From: Acaryochloris marina S15
Lineage (GTDB): Bacteria > Cyanobacteriota > Cyanobacteriia > Thermosynechococcales > Thermosynechococcaceae
Direction of reading: 5' to 3'
DNA length: 32,000 bases
Assembly (NCBI RefSeq): GCF_018336915.1
Contig: NZ_CP064923.1
Coordinates: forward strand, 3,030,001-3,062,000
The first letter of the stretch is position 1, and each line of letters opens with the position of its first letter. Position numbers and translations under genes: made by a program. Under the pieces are notes generated by a model. The model saw only the letters and a program-made list of their open reading frames with translations, was not told the DNA's origin and did no database searches. Positions 17,754 to 24,486 of this stretch are shown here, piece after piece.

Positions 17754-18401
17754 CTATGGTTCACAATTTATAGGAGGAGGGGTTTGGGATGCGGATTCCG
17801 TCACACAGATATACGCATTGGTAATACCATCTTTTACAGTGACGACACCACTAAAACTCCTAGTGTCTGAGCGTTTGGATGTCGCTGTTGCATAAGCTCG
17901 GTTAGCATCACCTGAGACAATTTTAATATCGAAAGATTCGTCGTCAAAACGTCCAAGTTGCAACTCTTTATTGGAAGTCGCAAAAGTTGGATTCTCAAGT
18001 CGATAAGCCTGTTGGGCTCTATTTACAGCACCAAGCGTACTTTGGGCAGAGGCTTCGCGCGCTTTGGTTGCCTGATTAGTGATGGTATCGACTAAAGAAA
18101 TGGGTTTGATGTTCTCAGGTAAGTCTGTCTTATCAGAAACTTTTGTGAGTGGAATTTCAAATACTTTGTCCTTGGCCGTTACTGGATCAGGAGCAATAAA
18201 ATATAACTTTTGATTAGGTTGCAATATGAAGGTAATCGTTTGCCCACTGGTTGGATCAGTAAATTCCCAAGTTCCTGGCCAAGTATTGTTTGTAGACGAT
18301 TTGTCACTAGTTGGGCTCTCCATAGAACAACTTGCCAACAATAAAAAAGCTGCAGCAGTACTTAATAGAGCCGTAGAATATCGCAATGATTGACAAGGCA
18401 T
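17754..18401 (-). CDS. Lipoprotein with C-terminal type IV pilin-like (G/H family) domain
   Basis: Lipobox LLLASC follows a hydrophobic signal, starting from the internal Met at 18401. The C-terminal AQSTLGAVNRAQQAYRLENPTFATS...RSFSGVV...AYICV resembles the cyanobacterial pilin-like pattern (SEAKxxxGxxNRAQQAYxLEN..FA). There is no prepilin GFTLIEL leader. Confidence 0.55.
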   Translation of the reverse strand: MPCQSLRYSTALLSTAAAFLLLASCSMESPTSDKSSTNNTWPGTWEFTDPTSGQTITFILQPNQKLYFIAPDPVTAKDKVFEIPLTKVSDKTDLPENIKPISLVDTITNQATKAREASAQSTLGAVNRAQQAYRLENPTFATSNKELQLGRFDDESFDIKIVSGDANRAYATATSKRSDTRSFSGVVTVKDGITNAYICVTESASQTPPPINCEP

Positions 18402-18614
18402 AAAGAAGTATCTACCTCTTATGACGAAACTACAATACTTGTCCAATAGATTAGCCTGACTTTAGCCCTTCAATTGAAATGGAGTGTCGTACTCAACCTT
18501 TCTTGCAAACAGTGATTAAGACCAAGACTGTCTTTCCGAAGGAAGTTTCGTTGGCAAAAGCAAACCCCAGAGAGACATAAATCATCTGGGGTTACTGTAA
18601 ATTTAGGAATGGAA

Positions 18615-18688
18615 CGGGCTAGGAGGGATTCGAACCCCCGACACCGTGGTCCGTAGCCACGTGCTCTAGTCCACTGAGCTACAAGCCC
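18615..18688 (-). tRNA. tRNA-Arg (anticodon ACG)
   Basis: The reverse complement folds by hand into a 74-nt cloverleaf. Acceptor GGGCTTG/CTAGCCC has one U-U mismatch. D stem GCTC/GAGC, anticodon stem CGTGG/CCACG, loop CTACGGA, T arm GGGGG-TTCGAAT-CCCTC, discriminator G. CCA is not encoded. Confidence 0.9.
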
Positions 18689-18774
18689 CTAAGGGATTAT
18701 CATCTTACCACAGCCTAACAGTATAGCAAGAACAACTTGTGACAGCTGTCCACATCAGGAGTCCCTTATTAATT

Positions 18775-19272
18775 ATGTCGAATCAACAATCAGCACTGAC
18801 CCACCTCGATCACCAAGGGGAAGCCCAAATGGTGGATGTTTCAGAAAAGGTCACAACCGTAAGGGAAGCAACTGCCGTAGGCCAGGTAAAGATGAACAAT
18901 GAAACGTTCGCAGCCATTCAAGCAGGGAATGCACCTAAAGGGGATGTGCTAGGCACTGCTCGCCTCGCTGGAATCATGGCAGCAAAACAAACCTCACAAT
19001 TGATTCCACTCTGTCATCCCCTGCCACTGAGTAAAGTGGAGGTGTCCATTCAGCCTCATTCAGAGTTACCCGGATATAAAATCCAAGCCAAAGTAAAAAC
19101 AAAGGCGGAAACAGGTGTGGAAATGGAAGCTCTGACAGCGGTGTCTATTGCCGCTTTAACGCTCTATGACATGGCTAAGGCTTTGGATAAATCCATGCAA
19201 ATCATCGATATTCAGTTGCTGGAAAAAATTGGGGGTAAGTCTGGGCATTGGCAAGCAGATTCTGTCGATTAG
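18775..19272 (+). CDS. moaC: Cyclic pyranopterin monophosphate synthase MoaC
   Basis: [72 protein letters not shown] lies upstream of ATG 18775. Confidence 0.9.
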   Translation: MSNQQSALTHLDHQGEAQMVDVSEKVTTVREATAVGQVKMNNETFAAIQAGNAPKGDVLGTARLAGIMAAKQTSQLIPLCHPLPLSKVEVSIQPHSELPGYKIQAKVKTKAETGVEMEALTAVSIAALTLYDMAKALDKSMQIIDIQLLEKIGGKSGHWQADSVD

Positions 19273-19380
19273 GGATGGTGGGTTGCGATCGCAACTCCAA
19301 ATCACCCTTACCCATACTTGCAACAGTTAGTCTAACTAGCCATTAAGAAGCAGAATAAAGATTCGTACTCCATTCTCATC

Positions 19381-20035
19381 AGGCAGGAGAAAATCTCACA
19401 CAACATTCATCTCTGTTTCAGGAGCCATTCCGTTAGGAAAGTCATAGTACATATAACTGTGAAGATATTTCCAGGAGTAAACCATGCCAGGCCCTACTGT
19501 TTTAATCGAGATATACCGTCGAGCTGTAGCATCGAGTTCCGTTGAAGTCGACATAACTAGTAAAGACAGTCCTCTCAGAGATAATGCACTTTTAAACACG
19601 TTAACCACCAAGACAGTCGGAATTCCAGTGGAATCGGAAATCCGAGAATGGCTAACGGAATGGTGGCAACCCTAGCCCAATCCCCCATACTGGGTTGACA
19701 AGAATATGAGCGTTTTACAAATTCTGTAATATCTGAATTGAGAAAAGGGAGGATCTCATCAAACATTAAGCTCGGGTTCAGTGCATTTTTCTTTAGGGTA
19801 GCCATAGTAGACATAGTTCTGAAGTTAATAGCGAGAGCACACTATGTCAGGCCATGAAGTTGTCATCACCTTGTACCGTTGGGCAGGAGCATGGGGACCT
19901 TTTAAAGTCAAAATTCCTTGCGGCGAATGCACCCTGACCAAAGATGTCATCCTAGACACCTTGGAACATGAGCTAGCAGGCATTCCCGTCACACTAGAAA
20001 TCCGCGAATGGTTATCAGAGTGGTGGAAGCCCTTA
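19381..20035 (+). repeat. Diverged tandem duplication (two 360-bp-offset units) covering the leader and first 63 codons of the glutaredoxin-like gene
   Basis: The alignment is ungapped at a 360-bp offset. By my hand count, 65/103 nt are identical in the leaders (19381-19483 vs 19741-19843) and about 111/189 nt in the coding parts (19484-19672 vs 19844-20032). Confidence 0.7.
19484..19675 (+). pseudogene. 63-codon truncated paralog of the N-terminal domain of the downstream glutaredoxin-like gene (CxxC replaced by SxxS)
   Basis: 28/63 aa are identical to residues 1-63 of the 19844 gene, including GIPVxxEIREWLxEWWxP. The CGEC position reads SKDS. A stop follows directly after EWWQP. It has its own GGAG 7 nt before the ATG, so expression as a small protein cannot be excluded. 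Confidence 0.5.
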
Positions 20036-20461
20036 CTCAAAGGCGGATGGCATGCTCCAATTGTGATGGTAAATGATAAGGTCATTAGCCAAGGCCACGC
20101 CCTCAACCGAGGATTACTGACAGAAGCCGTGACGGCTGCCTACGCTAGCAAAGCCCCGATTCAAAGAAGTCATTTATTTGGGAAAGAGAGCTGCCCCCAC
20201 TGCAAACGTGCCAAAGTTTATTTAGACCAAGCAGGTATTCAGTACACTTACCATGATGTGGTTCGCAGCCCCCGCTCACTCTACGAAATGTTGGCACGGG
20301 TAAAGCCCCTCGTTGGCCCCAAAACACCGATTACCGTTCCCCAAATTTGGCTGGGAGGGCAATATATCGGTGGTGCGGATCGCCTAGAGCAGGTGATGCA
20401 TGAGCAAGGATTATTCCGCCCTGAATATGATGGAGTAAAAACGGCTATTCAATCTAGATAA
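19844..20461 (+). CDS. Two-domain glutaredoxin-like protein (N-terminal CGEC thioredoxin-fold domain + C-terminal CPHC glutaredoxin domain)
   Basis: The N-terminal domain has VVITLYRWAGAWGPFKVKIPCGEC...APIVMVNDKVI. The C-terminal domain has classic glutaredoxin features: CPHCKRAKVYL, TVPQIWLGGQYIGGADRL. Confidence 0.7.
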   Translation: MSGHEVVITLYRWAGAWGPFKVKIPCGECTLTKDVILDTLEHELAGIPVTLEIREWLSEWWKPLLKGGWHAPIVMVNDKVISQGHALNRGLLTEAVTAAYASKAPIQRSHLFGKESCPHCKRAKVYLDQAGIQYTYHDVVRSPRSLYEMLARVKPLVGPKTPITVPQIWLGGQYIGGADRLEQVMHEQGLFRPEYDGVKTAIQSR

Positions 20462-20627
20462 GAACTCGATGGAGTTGGACCCACCAATACTCTAGGACTA
20501 GATAAAAGTATTGAGTCAGTTGTTGCTGTGCTTTAGCTTGAACAAGCTTAAGGGTTATATGGATGTATCTTCAGGGAAAACTAGACAATTCATTCAGGCG
20601 TGAAGCAATCCCACTGTTTCTTTACCT

Positions 20628-21389
20628 ATGTCAACGATTACTAAAGCTTTTATTCAAGAGCTAGGGAATAGAAAACTAGAAACAGAAGAGCAACAGGTCG
20701 TTGAAGAGTTAAATCGGAGAAAAATACCCTACTCCTTTTTCACGGAAAAGCGTATACATCGCCGACAACTCCCTCTTGGTAAACATACCCTTGTGGTCGG
20801 CAATCTTCCTTGTATTTTGGGGGCGTTGAAACAACTGAACATTCCTTGGCCAGAACCCAATGACTATCCAATTTGCTTACAGGATTGTTTGCACCGACGG
20901 ACTTGGCAATCAACTGTATCAGACCTAGCAATTAGACTAGAGAAAGGGGACTATCCTGCCATTTTTGCCAAACCCTGTTCTCGTCGAAAGCAATTTACAG
21001 GGGCGATTTTTCAATCTGAGTCTGATTTAGCCCAAGTTTCAGGTGTATCAAAATACGAACCACTGATTTGTTCGGAAGTCGTCAATTGGCGCAGTGAGTA
21101 TCGAGTTTATGTTGTTCGATCCCAAATCAGAGGGATTCACCACTATGAGGGCGATCCGCTGGTTCAAGTAAATCGAGATACTGTTGAAAAGGCCGTCCGT
21201 ATCCTTAGGGAATCGGGTGAGGCTTATGCTGGTTACGCGATTGATTTTGGTGTACTCGATTCTGGCAAAACCGCTCTGATTGAAATGAACGATGGGTTTG
21301 CCATTGGTGCCTATGGGATTAGTGCCCAAGACTATACTGATATGATCCTAGCGAGGTGGGAAGAACTACTCAGTCAGAGTAAAACCTAG
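20628..21389 (+). CDS. ATP-grasp domain protein (DUF4343 / R2K-clade-like)
   Basis: IFAKPCSRRKQFTGAIF (ATP-binding Lys region), SEVVNWRSEYRVYVV and YAIDFGVLDSGKTALIEMNDGFAIGAYG (metal-binding E-x-N) fit the small stand-alone ATP-grasp family as I recall it. Confidence 0.6.
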   Translation: MSTITKAFIQELGNRKLETEEQQVVEELNRRKIPYSFFTEKRIHRRQLPLGKHTLVVGNLPCILGALKQLNIPWPEPNDYPICLQDCLHRRTWQSTVSDLAIRLEKGDYPAIFAKPCSRRKQFTGAIFQSESDLAQVSGVSKYEPLICSEVVNWRSEYRVYVVRSQIRGIHHYEGDPLVQVNRDTVEKAVRILRESGEAYAGYAIDFGVLDSGKTALIEMNDGFAIGAYGISAQDYTDMILARWEELLSQSKT

Positions 21390-21423
21390 CTAAGATCAGT
21401 AGATAGCTGTACCGCCACAAACC

Positions 21424-22074
21424 CTATTCTGCACGAGTTTCCTTTGTTTGTTCGCGGATCACTTCACTCCAGTTATCATCGTTAATTGCAGACTCCAAAT
21501 CCTGCCGACGTTCTGCTTCGCTCTGGGGCTGGGTATTGCTTGCTACGCCTAGAGCCATTGCTTTCTGCAATTTCACTTTCTTTTCTTCATAGACCTGCCG
21601 TTCTTGAGCCGACATAGCTTGGAGTGCTGCATCTTTAACCGACCCAGCCCATTTGCCGTCTCCGGTATTTCCAGGCGGAAGACTGGGGAAGGCGTCTATC
21701 CACTGATCCCGCAACTGCTCCATTTCAGCTCGTTTGGGAAATTTAAAGGGTTGAACTTTTACTTGAGCGCAGATATCCTCACCATGCTGAGAAATATGGC
21801 TTTTCAAGGATAAGGAAACATTGCGGGAATAGTTTACATATTGGGGACTGCCGGCTTGATCAAACACAGCATAAACGCCTGCAACCTTGACCTCGCCTGC
21901 AGCTTCACACCAAGTAGAGATGGAAATAGGGACTTCTGTGGATTGATCTGTGGTTGGCGTAATCGCGGTGCCTGCCGTATGCTCATCATCCGAACTGTAG
22001 AGAAAGTCATGTAGCCCTTGATGGGCTTGTGGTACATTCTGATGCTCGATCGCATTCGGATTTTCGATACCCAC
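21424..22074 (-). CDS. Hypothetical protein with GIY-YIG-like core
   Basis: GVYAVFDQAGSPQYVNYSRNVSLSLKSH fits GIY-x10-YIG spacing, read here as GVY...YVN. The position of the usually conserved Arg after the YIG element is not obviously kept. The remainder is low-complexity or helical. Confidence 0.35.
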   Translation of the reverse strand: MGIENPNAIEHQNVPQAHQGLHDFLYSSDDEHTAGTAITPTTDQSTEVPISISTWCEAAGEVKVAGVYAVFDQAGSPQYVNYSRNVSLSLKSHISQHGEDICAQVKVQPFKFPKRAEMEQLRDQWIDAFPSLPPGNTGDGKWAGSVKDAALQAMSAQERQVYEEKKVKLQKAMALGVASNTQPQSEAERRQDLESAINDDNWSEVIREQTKETRAE

Positions 22075-22148
22075 AGATTTAGCTCCCTTGCCGACATAAC
22101 TTTATTATCAGTCATCGTGATCCCTTCATCAGAAAATTTAGCCAAACT

Positions 22149-22175
22149 TGTCACAGCTTGTCGGTTTCATTCGTC
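22149..22175 (+). promoter_or_regulatory. ECF41-type sigma-dependent promoter (TGTCACA-N16-CGTC)
   Basis: TGTCACA at 22149-22155, an exactly 16-nt spacer, and CGTC at 22172-22175. It lies 33 nt upstream of ATG 22208, with GGAG at 22196-22199 in between. This matches the ECF41 target motif as I recall it from published work on this sigma group. Confidence 0.6.
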
Positions 22176-22207
22176 TCCTGTTTAGAAACCCATTTTGGAG
22201 CGTTCCC

Positions 22208-22669
22208 ATGACTCAACGATTCGATTTCAGTCAATCCGATCCGAAAGCTTATCAAGCTATGTTGGGATTAGAGACCTATCTCCATAACTGTGGCCTGAAG
22301 CCGCCATTGCTGCATTTGATCAAAACACGAGCCTCTCAGATCAACGGCTGTGCCTTCTGCATTGACATGCATACGAAAGAAGCCAGAGCCGACGGCGAAT
22401 CGGAACAGCGCCTTTATGCCCTGAGTGCTTGGGTAGAAACGTCCTTTTTTACTCCAGCAGAACGGGCTGTCCTAGCTTTAACTGAGGTGGTAACGTGCAT
22501 TTCGGAGAAAGCCGTCCCCGATACGGTTTATGCCGAAGTGTGTCGACATTTCTCGGACGCAGAGGTCACGAAAATTTTAATGGCAATTGTGACTATCAAC
22601 AGCTGGAATCGACTGGCAATTGCAGCTCAAATCTTGCCTGGCAGTTACACTGTTGCAGCTGTCGCTTGA
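22208..22669 (+). CDS. Carboxymuconolactone decarboxylase / AhpD-like family protein
   Basis: The AhpD-core motif is present with CAFCIDMH (QINGCAFCIDMHTKEA), plus ERAVLALTEVV. ATG 22208 has an RBS and lies downstream of the predicted promoter, so the alternative start at 22148 is rejected. Confidence 0.85.
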   Translation: MTQRFDFSQSDPKAYQAMLGLETYLHNCGLKPPLLHLIKTRASQINGCAFCIDMHTKEARADGESEQRLYALSAWVETSFFTPAERAVLALTEVVTCISEKAVPDTVYAEVCRHFSDAEVTKILMAIVTINSWNRLAIAAQILPGSYTVAAVA

Positions 22670-22840
22670 ACAGAATCATGAGCAACCTAACAACCCAAGT
22701 CATAATTGCAGTTGTTATCCATGCCGTGATTAGTGCGCTGCATGGCCTAGCCCACTTCCTGATTCCGGTTCCTATCTCAGTCCCACAAGCCATTTTTATT
22801 GGTGGGGTGATTACAGTTCTGCCCATCATTGCTGCACTTT

Positions 22841-22848
22841 TGATCTGG
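22841..22848. repeat. Target-site duplication, left copy (TGATCTGG)
   Basis: Identical 8-mer at 24282-24289, directly flanking the IS inverted repeats. Confidence 0.75.
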
Positions 22849-24280
22849 CAGCAATTGTAAATTCAATATTTCATGAGGTATCGGCTGCTATTCGAGGCTC
22901 TGGATCATCCAACATAAACTGGAGCAAATGCTCCCAACTCTCAAAGAGCAAGTATTTGGTCAAAGTCTGAATATCGTGAAAAAAGCCTTGTCGGGTTCCC
23001 CGTTGCTTTCGCATGCGTTGATAAGTGGAGTCCACCAAGTGCAAGACGGTATGAAATAAGAATGCCAACAGGTTGAGTACCAATAGCACAGCAGCAAGGT
23101 TCTTCTGACCATGACCAAAATTATGTTCTAAGTGATAGCCCTTGGTTTTGAGGACATTGTGTCCTTCATTCTCCGCTTTCCATCGGGCACGTCCAGCACT
23201 GACAATCTCGGCCACACTTTGGTCATTGATGAAATGGTGAGTAATGAACGCGTTGTGATACATAGTCTTTCCATCAGCAGCACGAGTAACAGAGACTTCG
23301 CACCAGTTGACCATCACTGCTGGTAGCTCCTCACGCAGGGGGATGCGATTGTAATAGCGATACTGACAAATTTCATGATAGCGACCGTTCCAGCCCCGAG
23401 TCTCTAGATGCTCAACATCTCCAATACCTTCTAAATACTCTACCCATTCATATAGCTCTGGATGGGAGGAGGGCAAACAGACAAAAATGAAGTTCAACTC
23501 ATCCTCTAAACAAGTCTCCACCATCGGTTGACGGCTATAGAGGTCATCGCCAAGAACCGTAATCTTGGCTCCGTCAAACCCTTGAGCATGCCCCTTGATC
23601 CACCGTTTGGCCGCAGCGGTTTCACTATCCTGTTTCTCCGCACCATCTTGAGGACGAATGAACTCTGGGGCCAGAGAAATGACATGTTCAATTTCCGGAC
23701 AAACGAGGACGGGCAACACGGCGGTGTGCGTATAGGTGACACTCCCATCCCGATGGGTTTTGGTAGAACACTGATCGCAACAAATCCGGTTTGAGGAAAA
23801 ATACTCGCTGCCGTCTAGCCCTACCAACAGGTGTCCACCTAGAACCTTATATTGCTCTAGATAACCTCGTCGTAGGAGAACGCTATAAATTTGATAAAAA
23901 ATGGGAAACAGAAGACGAAATGCGATCAAGTCCAAAACATTCTTGATTTGGTTGCTCGTGGGGAGTTCTGTTAACTCAAAGAGGGCTTGGGCGTTGTCAC
24001 GACCATGACGACTATGAACATGGCGTTGGTACTCCAGAAACGAAGGACATTGCATAAAGAAGACAGCAAATGCGCCTAATACAATATCTTTGAGACTAAA
24101 TTTGGTGCCATTACTGGGTTGACGTGGATCATCGAGGTGCTCAATGAGCTGATGTAGCCAGTGCAGTAAGAGAGGGAAATTTAGAACACCTTCATTCATC
24201 GTCTGGGGCTCTGCAAGTGTATGAATACATCCTCAACGACTACAACCTAGCTTGCCAAAATTTTGAATTTACAATTGCTG
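22849..24280 (-). mobile_element. Intact insertion sequence (1,432 bp) with a single DDE transposase; IS4-superfamily-like
   Basis: The 23-bp terminal inverted repeats are 22/23 identical: CAGCAATTGTAAATTCAATATTT at 22849-22871, and the reverse complement of 24258-24280. One transposase ORF fills the element. It is flanked by the 8-bp direct repeat TGATCTGG. One unexplained G at 24281 leaves the right boundary uncertain by 1 nt. Confidence 0.85.
22871..24199 (-). CDS. DDE transposase (IS4-like)
   Basis: 442 aa. Candidate DDE residues lie in LLVGLDGSEYF, ITVLGDDLYS and RARWKAENEGHNVLK, the last being an R-x3-E...K YREK-like motif. The family assignment below superfamily level is uncertain. 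Confidence 0.8.
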   Translation of the reverse strand: MNEGVLNFPLLLHWLHQLIEHLDDPRQPSNGTKFSLKDIVLGAFAVFFMQCPSFLEYQRHVHSRHGRDNAQALFELTELPTSNQIKNVLDLIAFRLLFPIFYQIYSVLLRRGYLEQYKVLGGHLLVGLDGSEYFSSNRICCDQCSTKTHRDGSVTYTHTAVLPVLVCPEIEHVISLAPEFIRPQDGAEKQDSETAAAKRWIKGHAQGFDGAKITVLGDDLYSRQPMVETCLEDELNFIFVCLPSSHPELYEWVEYLEGIGDVEHLETRGWNGRYHEICQYRYYNRIPLREELPAVMVNWCEVSVTRAADGKTMYHNAFITHHFINDQSVAEIVSAGRARWKAENEGHNVLKTKGYHLEHNFGHGQKNLAAVLLVLNLLAFLFHTVLHLVDSTYQRMRKQRGTRQGFFHDIQTLTKYLLFESWEHLLQFMLDDPEPRIAADTS

Positions 24281-24281
24281 G

Positions 24282-24289
24282 TGATCTGG
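24282..24289. repeat. Target-site duplication, right copy (TGATCTGG)
   Basis: Identical to 22841-22848 and in the same codon phase on both sides (xTG ATC TGG). Confidence 0.75.
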
Positions 24290-24486
24290 AGACAGCGAGT
24301 TCAATGGGCATTAACTGTGCTGTTACTATCGATGACAGGATCTTTGCTCTTTGGGCTTTACAACCACTTTGTCGTTATCAGTCCAGATCATATTTCACAG
24401 TTGCCTCCGACCCCCTTGGGGGTTTTATTTCAAATAACTGCAATCTTGCTGGCTGTTTCAGAAGGAATTGGTATTGGAGTCAGTCT

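Noticed and set aside
19396-20106. Three minus-strand ORFs (19396..19611, 19575..19814, 19825..20106)
   Set aside because: They are antisense to the duplicated glutaredoxin units. The two leader copies do not conserve any minus-strand peptide (MTFLTEWLLKQR* vs MATLKKNALNPSLMFDEI), so the similarity is at DNA level only.
22495-22677. 5' part of the 121-aa ORF 22495..22860
   Set aside because: It overlaps the AhpD/CMD gene out of frame and its sequence does not look like protein. Only the part from ATG 22678 is credible, as the N-terminal half of the IS-split membrane gene.
24252-24275. Possible outward-facing promoter in the IS right end (TTGCCA ... TACAAT) that could drive the sigma gene
   Set aside because: The spacer between the two hexamers is only 12 nt, and there is no TG extension. 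It is not a canonical sigma-70 promoter and would need experimental evidence.
24217-24486. N-terminal 90 codons of the 393-aa ORF (24217..25398) in the ORF track
   Set aside because: This stretch runs through the IS right end and overlaps the 3' half of the membrane gene in another frame. The sigma-factor homology starts only at the RBS-preceded ATG 24487.
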